Below, one piece after another: positions 9,529 through 20,891 of a stretch of DNA of 64,000 nt (its first letter is position 1; each line of letters opens with the position of its first letter). The position numbers were made by a program, and so were the translations under genes. The notes beneath the pieces are model-generated. The model made no database searches. It was given only the letters and a program-made list of their open reading frames with translations, and was not told where the DNA came from. Source of the stretch: an uncultured Gemmatimonadaceae bacterium (GTDB lineage: Bacteria > Gemmatimonadota > Gemmatimonadetes > Gemmatimonadales > Gemmatimonadaceae); NCBI GenBank assembly GCA_963829055.1, contig CAWHHI010000020.1:984695-1048694 (forward strand), read 5' to 3'.

Positions 9529-11191
9529 TCACACCGTCTGGAGATACTGGTGGATCATGCTCACAGTCGCCGACCCTTCGCCGACGGCCGCTGCCACGCG
9601 CTTGCCAGAGCCGTAGCGTGCGTCTCCGGCGCAGAAGATTCCCGGCACGTTCGTCTCGAAGAGAAACGGGTCACGCGTGGCCGTCCAGCCGGGCGGGCGT
9701 CGTCCCTCGACCATCACATCGCGGCCCGTGAGGACGAAGCCCTGCTCGTCGCGCATCACGAGGTCTGCACACATGGCCGTACGCGGCGTCATGCCGATGA
9801 AGATGAACATCGCCGTCGCAGTCAACTCCTGCTCCTCGCCGCTCACGGCATTCTTCACCGTCACCGCTTCGAGCCGGCCGTCACCGCGCGCGCCCGCCAC
9901 GCTCGTGTTCAGGAGCACTTCGACGTTAGGCGTCTCGGCGATGCGATCCACGAGGTACCGGGACATGCCGGCCGAGAGGTCGGACCCGCGCACGAGCATC
10001 GTCACCTTGCGCGCGTGGCGGGAGAAGAACATCGCGCCCTGGCCCGCCGAATTCGCCGCGCCGACGATGATCACGTCCTTGCCGCGACACGACGACGCCT
10101 CGGTGAGCGCCGCGCCGTAGTACACGCCCACGCCTAACAACGCCTCGACGCCCGGCGTCTCGAGGCGCCGCACCTCCATGCCCGGCGCGATCAGGACCGC
10201 GTAGCCGTTCAGCTCCGCGCCGTCGGAGAGCATCACCTTCCGATAGGGATCGTCGCGCTTGATCTGCACCGCTTCCTGCGCCGTGATGATCTCGGCGCCG
10301 AAGCGCTTGGCCTGCGTCGCCGCGCGCCGCGCGAGGTCCGAGCCGGTGATGCCGGACGGAAAGCCCAGGTAGTTCTCGATGTTCGAGCTGGTGCCCGCCT
10401 GCCCACCGGGCGCGCTCTGCTCGATGAGGATCGTGCGCAGTCCCTCCGACGCGCCGTACACCGCGGCGGCGAGCCCGGCCGGTCCGCCGCCAACCACGAT
10501 CAGGTCGTAGAACGGCTTCTGCGCGCGCGTCTGCATCCCGAGCTTCTCGGCCAGCTCGCGCGTGGTAGGCTGCACGAGCGTGTCCCCGTCGGGGAAGAAC
10601 ACCAGCGGAAGTCGGGTGACGCCGCCGACCGCGCCCGACAGGAGCTCGCGGACGGTCGCCTCGTCATCCACGTCGAGCCACTGGTACGGCACCTGGTTCG
10701 ACGCCAGGAAGTCCTTCACCGCGAAGCTGGCCGATGAGTACGCGGTGCCCGCCAAACGGATCCCGTCGAACGACGGTCGAGCACGCGCGAACCAGTCCGA
10801 GAGCAGATCGTCGAGCACCGGATAGAGCTTCGAGCTCGGTGGCTCCCACGGCTTGAGGATGTAGTGGTCGAGCCCGATCTGGTTGATCGCGGTGATCGCC
10901 GTCTCCGTGTCGGCGTAGGCGGTGAGCAGCACGCGACGCGCGTCGGGGTAGATCTTGATGGCTTCGGCGAGGAACTGCGTGCCGGTCATCTCCGGCATGC
11001 GTTCGTCCACGAGAAAGAGCGCGACCTGGGCGCCGCGACTGCTTCAACTGGCGCACCGCGTCGAGCGCTTGCGCGCCCGAGGACGCCTTCACGACGCGGT
11101 AGTCGGCGCGATAGTGCGATCGGAGGTCGCGTTCGACGGCGTTCAGGACCTCGGGGTCGTCGTCGACGGTCAATAGGACAGGCTTCGTCAT
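9529..11191 (-). CDS. Response regulator receiver-thioredoxin reductase-like fusion (frameshift near 11040)
   Basis: MTKPVLLTVDDD and DERMPEMTG receiver motifs; GGGPAGLAAA, IENYLGFP, GAANSAGQ and AGD FAD/NAD(P)H motifs. Confidence 0.9.
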
Positions 11192-11231
11192 CGTCTCGAT
11201 GATAGCGCCTCAGTCAATGGCTCACGGGCGA

Positions 11232-13778
11232 TCACGGAGTGCGTATGGTCCGCACTCCAAAGACGGGGACGACCCGCCCACTGGGCCCCGCCTGGAAGCG
11301 AACCGTGACCTTGCGCTTCCCCCGCGAGAGCGACGCCGGCACCGGGTACTGCGCGTCGTAGTAGCCGATGGCGTCCGCGTTAGGCTCGTAGCGTCCGACC
11401 GGCGTGCCGTCCACGAGAATCTGAAAGTCGGCCGCTGACGGTGGCAGGCCGGGCTCGTTCAGGTACGTGACGACCACCACCATGTCCGTCGCGGGATCTG
11501 TGGGAAGATCCCACGAGAACCAGCCGCGGCCTCCCCGGCTCGTACGCCCTTCGGCGTTCCCAACGGGACGATCCGCGGGATCGCTCTGGTAGTTGAATTC
11601 GCGGTCGGACTGCACGTCACCCGACCTAACGAATCCAACCGTGGCCGCCTCCATGCGCCTCACCCGCTCCTGCTCGGCCGCGAGCGCCGCCACCTTCGCG
11701 TCGAACTCCGGCGGTGTCACGACGTCGAAGTAGATGCTGTAGCGACGCCGGTGTGTGCGGTAGAACGGGGTGAGCGCGACGTCCGTCGACCGCGCCGGAT
11801 CAGCGGCCGTGCGCGCGACTCCCTGCACGCGGAAGTCGCCGCTGCGTGAACCCGCGGGCACCAGCCATTCTTCCAGCCGTCGGTCAGCGGCGACGAGCAT
11901 GGGGACTGGAGGAGGAGCCGGTGGCACCGTTGCGGCGCCGTCGGCCGTCTTCCCTTCCCCCTCGACGCGCGGGCCGTGATCGCCGGCCAAGGCGAGCGGA
12001 CCCCACATGATCGCGGACACCGACGTGTCGTCCGCGCGTCGGCTCGAGACGCAGCGATTTGCGGAACGTGATCTCCACCGTGTCGCCGGACTTCCACGTT
12101 CGCCGAAGCTCGACGTAGCTGCTCGGCTGCGGCGTCACGCGGTCGATCGGCGCATCGCGACCACCGGCGGCTCCGGCGCGGAGACTGGCGAGTCGAGGCT
12201 GGTCCACCGCTGCGCCGTTGACCCTGACGCCCCAGTCGTCACCGGCCCAACTCGGCCTGCGAATGGCGAGCGTGAACTCTGTTGGCTTGACCATGGCCAG
12301 GCGCAACGTCGCCGATTCCCCTTCGGGGAACGTCGTGTCCTGAGTGAGCTTGACACCGCCTAACGTGAACTCCGCCGTCGACGGCACGAACAGGTTCACC
12401 CAGATCGTGTCGCTCGACTCGTAGTAGATCCCGTCGCCGTGAAGGCCATGGCTCTCCATGCCCGTGCCCACGCAGCACGTGAAGTCCTCGAGCATGTCCT
12501 GGTATTCCTGCTGCACGCCGCGCCCGACCGGCACCATGTACGACGTGCGTCCGCTGTCGGGGTCGATCGAGGCGAGGATGTGATTGAACAGCACGCGCTC
12601 GTGGAAGTCGGCGTAGAACGCGTCCGGCCGATACGAGAACAGCCGGCGACTGAGCTTGCGCATGTTGTACGCGTTGCACGTCTCGCACGCGCGTCCGTCG
12701 ACGCGTTTGCTCAGCTGATCCGGTGGTCCGAAGTACTCCGACGAGACCGTGGCCGCCCGTCGCGTAGCTGTGGTGCTGCACCACGCGATCCCAGAAGAAC
12801 GTCGCCGCGAGCAGGTCGCCCGGATCGCCCGTGTAGCCGTAGCGCGCCGCCGACCCGATCAGCTTCGGAATCTGACAGTTGCCGTGCTTGCCGTTGAGGT
12901 TGTCCTGATGGCGCTTGAGCGCGTCGGTGAACTCGTGATGCTCGAAGCGATACGAGAGCGCGAGCCAGCGACGCTCGCCGGTGTCGGCGTAGAGATCGGC
13001 CAGCACTTCGTTCATGCCGCCATGCTCGGTGTTGAGCATGCGCGCGACCTGCTCGTCGTTGAGCGGCGCGAGCACGCCCTCGGCCCATCCGGCGAACTTT
13101 CGCTCGACGTCGAGCGCCGTGCGATTGCCCGTGTAGCGATAGCGCGTCGCGCAGTCCGGCGAACGTCTTGTGCAGCGTGTACCACGGCGACCAGAGGCCG
13201 TTGAGGTCGAAGGCGGCGGAGCGGATCTCGCCCTTGGACACCTCGGCGAATGCTTCGCGTCCGCGTCTCGAGCGCGCTGAGATACCCGTCGCCGTGCTTG
13301 TCCTGCACTTCCTTCAGCTCGGCGACGAGATAGTCGGCGCGCTGCTTGAAGCGCGCGTCGCCGGTCGTCGCGGTACATGATGCTCACCGCGGACAGGTGA
13401 TGACCCGCGACGTGTCCCGTCAGGTTCTTCCCGGGCGCCGTCCCATCCGCCGTACGGCTCGGCCTTCGGCGTCAGTCCGGCGCGCGTGCGGTAGAACGCC
13501 ATCATGCGATCGGGCTCGAGTGACAGCAGGTATTTCGCCGTGACGTCCTGCGCGCGCTTGAGCGGGCCGCCGGTGACGCGAACACGCTCGAGCGGGAGTG
13601 GTCGAGCGCGCACCATGCGTGCTTCGAACGCGCGAATGGCCGCGGGGTCGTCCACCGCGCGCGTCGCCGGAATGGACTCGAGCGCTTCTGCCGCCGGATG
13701 GCTCGTGAGCGGAGCGAGCGTCAGTGCGGCGGCCGCTGATGCGGAGCGTTCGAGGAAATCGCGTCGAGTCGAGGACAT
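11232..13778 (-). CDS. GH127 beta-L-arabinofuranosidase-like glycoside hydrolase, Tat-exported (several frameshifts)
   Basis: SSTRRDFL Tat motif; EHGGMNE, HGNCQIPK and CCVGTGMESH motifs across ORFs 13314..13778, 12711..13241, 12239..13387, 11884..12663 and 11232..12020. Confidence 0.85.
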
Positions 13779-13807
13779 GGTCGCGAACCGAGGCAGTTGG
13801 CGTTTAG

Positions 13808-13906
13808 GTCATCCCGAGCAACAGCGAGGGATCTTGTATGATGTCATCGTGGACAGTCCGGCCACGAGTACTTCACAGAAGATCCCTCGCTGACGCTCGG
13901 GATGAC
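13808..13906. repeat. Variant REP-doublet element (GTCATCCCGAGC subfamily)
   Basis: GTCATCCCGAGC-AACA-GCGAGGGATCTT ... AAGATCCCTCGC-TGAC-GCTCGGGATGAC inverted arms. Confidence 0.8.
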
Positions 13907-13918
13907 AACTTCCTCCTG

Positions 13919-15292
13919 TCAGCCTTTCAGTATGGCCAGGGCCTTCTCGACGCCCGCGTCGCGACCCGTCGCGCGCGCCGCCGGCGTGAAGCTCTCGACG
14001 GCGACGTCCGGCGGGATCCCGACGTTGTCATAGGTCTTCCCGTTCGTCACGAACCGCTCGTTCGCCAGGCCGAAGCTCCAGCCGTTAGGCAGCGTGCGGC
14101 CGAGCACGTCGGAGAATACGCCCTGCGTGGTCTCGCCGACACGAATGACCTTCGGCGTCCGGTTCATCAGCGCCTGCGTGAACGTCTCCGCTGCGCTGAT
14201 ACTCTGAATGCCGATCAGCTCCACGACGGGTCCCAGGAAGCTCGGCCGCGTACTCGGCTGCACGACCGACGGCTGTTCCTCCGACCATCGCGTGGCATCG
14301 ACCGGGTCGCTCCGTGCCTGCTTCACGTATGCGGTGTACGGAGTCGACGTTAGGCGCCGAGCGATCGCGATGCCGTACGGGTCGGCGCCGCCGCCGTTCA
14401 GCCGGACGTCGATCACCAGGCCCTTCCACGACTTTGCGTTCGCGAACGCCGTGTCCAGCGCCGCCTCGAGCGCGGCGAGGCCAGTCTCGAACGCGCCGTC
14501 CTTCGAGTAGCGGTTGAAGCTACGGATCCGCAGGTACCCGACGTCGGCACCGAGCATCCCGAACTCCACCTGGCCTTCGCAGAAGCGCTGGAGCGGTCCC
14601 GTCAGGTGCGCGGAGACGAGTGCGTAGCCCTTGTCCCGGTCGTCCCGCTCGAGAAAGCTCGGAGACTGTCGCGTGCCGCCGAACCCGCGCTTGATCGATC
14701 GCGCCCCGATGTACGAGTGCGCGTCCTTCAGTGGCGCGATCATGCCGGAGAGAATGTCGAACAGCTGGTCGGGCGTTGTCGTGTCGGTCACGCGCGATCT
14801 GTTCGCCGCGACGACAGCGGGCCAGTCCACGTTCTTCTCGCGGAAGAACCCGTACTGCTCCGCCCACGTCTGCGCGAACACGTCGAAGTTCGAGAGCGGC
14901 GTGTCGGGCGTGGGTTTGTCGCAGACAGCGGGCTTCCGACCGATCCGATGGACGATCATGTCCGACGCGGCGAACGCGACGTGTACGCGCCCATCTGTCG
15001 CCGACTTCCCGGGAAGGAAGAGGAACGTGACGGGCGCGTCAGGCATCCTGAACGCAGTCAACGCGCCCGCTGGCGGTGCGACCGTTGGCGCACGCATCGC
15101 GGGGATGCACGAGACCTTCGTCACCTCGAAAGTCGCGACGCTATCGGCGCGAACGTCCAGGACGAGTCCGTAGCCTTCGGTAGCCCATAGTCCGACGGCT
15201 GATGTGGGTTGCTGCGCGTGGATCGCGCTCGAAACGCCGAGGGCGGCGACGCCGAGCCCGATTCGACAGGAGCGATGCATAACGACGCTCAT
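13919..15292 (-). CDS. S41 family peptidase
   Basis: VGYLRI, LVIDVRLNGGG, SAAETF, GETTQG and GIPPDV motifs; ATG overlaps upstream stop (ATGA at 15289-15292). Confidence 0.85.
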   Translation of the reverse strand: MSVVMHRSCRIGLGVAALGVSSAIHAQQPTSAVGLWATEGYGLVLDVRADSVATFEVTKVSCIPAMRAPTVAPPAGALTAFRMPDAPVTFLFLPGKSATDGRVHVAFAASDMIVHRIGRKPAVCDKPTPDTPLSNFDVFAQTWAEQYGFFREKNVDWPAVVAANRSRVTDTTTPDQLFDILSGMIAPLKDAHSYIGARSIKRGFGGTRQSPSFLERDDRDKGYALVSAHLTGPLQRFCEGQVEFGMLGADVGYLRIRSFNRYSKDGAFETGLAALEAALDTAFANAKSWKGLVIDVRLNGGGADPYGIAIARRLTSTPYTAYVKQARSDPVDATRWSEEQPSVVQPSTRPSFLGPVVELIGIQSISAAETFTQALMNRTPKVIRVGETTQGVFSDVLGRTLPNGWSFGLANERFVTNGKTYDNVGIPPDVAVESFTPAARATGRDAGVEKALAILKG

Positions 15293-16698
15293 TTGACCGG
15301 CGCTCGCACCGGACGTCCCGGACGCGCCGCGGTAACCTTCCCGCCGTCGACGACGACCTGGCCGCCGACGATCACGAACGGAATGCCCGCGGACGGAATC
15401 GTGGCATCCTCGTATGTCGATCGGTCGATCACGGTTGCGGGATCGAAGATCGTCAGATCGGCGTCGGCGCCGACGCTCAAGCGTCCCTTCGTCGCCATGG
15501 ACGGGACACGTCCCTCGAGCCGACGCGCTGGCTCGATCGTCATCTTCCGCAACGCGTCCATCAGTGTGAGCCCATGTTCCTCGCGGACGTACTTGCCGAG
15601 CACCTTGGCGAAGGTGCCGGACGTGCGTGGGTGACCGCGCCCATTCTCGATGAAGCCGTCGCTCGCGATCATCGTCAGCGGACTCACGATCGCCTGGCGC
15701 GTCTGCTCCTCGGGTCGCCCGTGGATGATCACCGTGCCGCCCTTGGCGCGCGCCTGCTCGAACGTCTTGCGCGTTAGGCGCTCGCCGGTCGAGACCAGCT
15801 GGTGCAGCGCGAACTTCTCGTCGGGCCACGTCTTCCAGTCGTCGAACAGCGCGGACTGGATCGACGTCATCCCGGCACCGTACGGGTAGGCTTCCGTCGT
15901 CACGTCCTGCCCGCGGTCGCGCGCCGCCTGGATGTGCGCGAGGAACGTGGGGAGGTTCGTGTTGCCCGCGACCGAGTTGATGTGCACGATGTGCAGCTTC
16001 GCGCCAGCGGCTTTCGCCGCCGCGATGGTCGAGTCGAGTCCCGGCAATCCGTTGCGGATGTGGATGTGCGCGGACGCGTTGCCCTGCGCCGCGACCTTGA
16101 ACATGCGCTGGATCTCGTCCATCGACGCTCCGGGCGTGTACGCGCTCCCGAGGCCGACCGCAACGGCACCCTCCGCGAGCCCTTTTCGCAGCATTGCCTC
16201 CATCTGCGCGACCTGCGCTTCGGTCGCCTTCCCGCTTCCGCCGACACCGGCGGGGAGAATGTTCGTGCTCGGATCGCCGAGCACTTTCATGCGCGCGCCG
16301 ATGTGCCCGACGGCCGCGCCGTAGTTGACGATCTGGCCCGCGGCGTGGTCCGCGTAGAATTTCGCGACGTCGGGGACGCCGACCTCCAGCTCGAGCGCGG
16401 TGGTGACGCCGTCGCGCACCATCATGCGGTAGGCCTCCTCGCTCTGCCCGTGCTCGTGCAGGTCGATGAAGCCGGGCGCGACGACGTGGTTCTTCGCGTC
16501 GATGACTCGCTTGGCCGTGAGTGGCTTGTCGGACACCACCGCAATGCGGCCGCCGGTGATGCCGATGTTGCGAACGGCGTCGAGTCTGGATGCGGGGTCG
16601 ATGACGCGCCCGTTGGCTACAACGAGGTCGTACGTCGTCTGCCCACCGGCGACGCCAGCGACTGAGACGATCAAAGCCATCGAGACGATCCAGCGCAT
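15289..16698 (-). CDS. Amidohydrolase (N-acyl-D-amino-acid deacylase-like)
   Basis: APGFIDLHEH, IASDG, HPRTSGTF and GADADLTIFD motifs; GGAGG upstream of MRWIVS. Confidence 0.9.
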   Translation of the reverse strand: MRWIVSMALIVSVAGVAGGQTTYDLVVANGRVIDPASRLDAVRNIGITGGRIAVVSDKPLTAKRVIDAKNHVVAPGFIDLHEHGQSEEAYRMMVRDGVTTALELEVGVPDVAKFYADHAAGQIVNYGAAVGHIGARMKVLGDPSTNILPAGVGGSGKATEAQVAQMEAMLRKGLAEGAVAVGLGSAYTPGASMDEIQRMFKVAAQGNASAHIHIRNGLPGLDSTIAAAKAAGAKLHIVHINSVAGNTNLPTFLAHIQAARDRGQDVTTEAYPYGAGMTSIQSALFDDWKTWPDEKFALHQLVSTGERLTRKTFEQARAKGGTVIIHGRPEEQTRQAIVSPLTMIASDGFIENGRGHPRTSGTFAKVLGKYVREEHGLTLMDALRKMTIEPARRLEGRVPSMATKGRLSVGADADLTIFDPATVIDRSTYEDATIPSAGIPFVIVGGQVVVDGGKVTAARPGRPVRAPVK

Positions 16699-16796
16699 TG
16701 ATTCCTCCAGCGGCGTTGAAATCGAGAGAGCCGAGCAGCGTGCGAGCAGCGTGCGAGGTGTGAGCACCATCATACGACCAAAGCGGCACACGATGA

Positions 16797-16828
16797 AAGC
16801 GGCGCTACCCAACCGGGTAGCGCCGCTT
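16797..16828 (-). terminator. Probable intrinsic terminator after the Mn catalase gene
   Basis: Perfect 14-bp stem AAGCGGCGCTACCC / GGGTAGCGCCGCTT with 4-nt loop. Confidence 0.7.
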
Positions 16829-16873
16829 CATCACCGCGTGGCCACGCAGGCTCGCGCGGTTTACTCGCGCGGT

Positions 16874-17768
16874 TTACGTGAACAGTTTCTTCGCAATGTC
16901 CTTGAACATCTCCGAATCGATGTCCGGGCCTAACGGCGCCGTGAGCTGCGGCTCCGCGGGGAGATCCGGTGGCGTGAAGCCTTCGGGCGGACCGTCCTGC
17001 ACTTCCAGCGGCTTACCGTCCTCGGGGTGCTTGCCGGTCCAGATCTCGGCGATCTCCTTGTAGTCGTCGGGACTGAAGCGGTAGAGGATGCGGTGCAGGC
17101 CCTTCTCCTCGTGCTTCCGCGCCTCCGGGAATCGCTTGTTGCTGATGTCGGGAATCGGGAGGAGCTTGCCGACGTCGGCGCCGGTCAGCTTCTCGAGCGC
17201 CTTGGCGTAGGCGACGATGTGCACGCCGCCGCGCACGAGCAGGTAGCCGACCATCGCGCGCGACGGTCGTCGTCGCACATCTCGTAGACGCGGATCTTGT
17301 TCGCGCGCGCACCGCACTCGAGGAAGAAGTTGTGCAGCAGGTCGAGCTTGAGGTTGCCGCTGGAGAAGACGTACGTGCCGTTCCAGGGATTCCCCTGCGA
17401 GTCGACCGGCAGCGCCGACTGCCCGCTGGCGATGAAGTGGTAGGTGTTGCGCGCATCGACCGCATCCGCCAGCGGCGTCACCGACGGGTCGGTGCCACGC
17501 TTGGTCGAGCCGGTCAGCAGCAGGTTGATCGCGTACGAGACCGCTTCGATGTGGCGAACTCCTCGGCCGCGATGTTGGCGATCAGGTCGTAGAACGGACG
17601 CATCTGACTTCGCCCGCGGAAGTTGAACGACTGGAACGTGTAGTTCATCAGCGTCGACATCTCGCCGAACTTGCCGCCGAGCAGTTCCTGAACCGCGGCA
17701 GCCGAGTTCGGCGATGCGTGCTTCGGCATTGGGAGGTCGACGGCGAGCTTGTCAAATCGTTGAATCAT
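16874..17768 (-). CDS. Manganese catalase family protein (two frameshifts)
   Basis: QELLGGKFGEMSTLMNYTFQSFNFRG, IAAEE, GNPWNGTYVFSSGNL and RGGVHIVAYAKALE motifs. Confidence 0.9.
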
Positions 17769-18055
17769 GAGACTCCAGGGCTGGCGTTGCTCGGCACGCC
17801 CGACGGACGCGCTACGGACTCGATGCGTGTCATCGAGTGGGGCGCTCTGGCGAGCAATGCGCGTGCCCGCGGCGGCCCTCGCGCTCGATGCTCGGCGCAA
17901 TGGACAACCCGTTAGGCAACGCGCGTACGAACTGTACGGACCGTGCCACTGGCCCATCGTTTCAGCTCGCTTGCCGCAACACCGCCGTCGCCTATGTTGA
18001 GCAGCGTCGCGATGGTCCAGCCCGCCGCGTTACCTACGCTGTACCTTGGAGCCAG

Positions 18056-18826
18056 ATGGGTCGTTGTCGTGCACTGATCATCGTCCTGGCATCAGCACAC
18101 CTGCTCCCGCCGCCGGTCGATCTCCGTGCCGCGCGCGATCGCGCCCAGGCGCCTTTCTCTCCGGTCTGCCGCGACACCGCGTCGAGCAACACCAGCGCTC
18201 GCGGCAGAGCGTACGATGAGCTGACCGCCGAGCAGAGGCGGGTGTTCGACGCGCGCAACCAGGTCTTCGTCCGTCGAGACGTCCCCGGATCACCATGGCC
18301 CGCGGTCGTCGTGTACCAGTACGTCGCCGCTACTCCGGAAGCGGCAGCGGCGGTGTTCGTCGACTACGACTTGCACCGCACGTACATCCCGGGGGTAAAG
18401 CAGTCGCGAGTATCCGCCGTTGTAAATCCAACGACGGTGGAGGTGGACTACGTCGTGAGCGTCCCCGTCGTCTCCGACGAGCGGTACACGGTCCGGAATC
18501 ATCTCTGCACGTACCACGGAGGCGAGAGCTACGCAGTCGAGTGGACGCTCGTACGCGCCAGCTCGACGAAAGCGACGACCGGACACGCGCGGTTCGAGCC
18601 GCATCTCGACCCATCACGCAACGAACGCGGGACGGTAATGGTGTATTCGAATTTCGTGACGCCTGGATCCAGCCTGGCTGGCCTCGGCATGATCAAGACG
18701 CGGGCGTTGGAGCAGATGCGAGAGACCGCGTCGGCCCTGGTGCGGCGCATCGAGGCGGAGCGGTCGACTGATCCGGCACTCCTCGAGAAACAGATCGACG
18801 CCCTGCGCGCCGCCCTCAAGCGTTAG
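18056..18826 (+). CDS. SRPBCC/START-like lipid-binding fold protein
   Basis: Pattern ATPEAAAAVFVDYD...YIPGVKQSRV...WTLV...YSNFVTPG; start position tentative. Confidence 0.5.
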   Translation: MGRCRALIIVLASAHLLPPPVDLRAARDRAQAPFSPVCRDTASSNTSARGRAYDELTAEQRRVFDARNQVFVRRDVPGSPWPAVVVYQYVAATPEAAAAVFVDYDLHRTYIPGVKQSRVSAVVNPTTVEVDYVVSVPVVSDERYTVRNHLCTYHGGESYAVEWTLVRASSTKATTGHARFEPHLDPSRNERGTVMVYSNFVTPGSSLAGLGMIKTRALEQMRETASALVRRIEAERSTDPALLEKQIDALRAALKR

Positions 18827-18862
18827 GCGCCACTCGACCCGTTTTCGCGAAGGCACCGCGCC

Positions 18863-20878
<2,016 letters not shown>

Positions 20879-20891
20879 CGCTGGCAGCAGG

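Noticed and set aside
7998..10137. Long plus-strand ORFs (577 and 553 aa) antisense to the kinase and reductase genes
   Set aside because: Shadow ORFs expected in GC-rich DNA; Arg/Ser/Ala-rich with no recognisable motifs
13919..16789. 956-aa ORF as one protein
   Set aside because: Only the last 457 codons are the S41 peptidase; the upstream part is an alternative frame of the amidohydrolase gene
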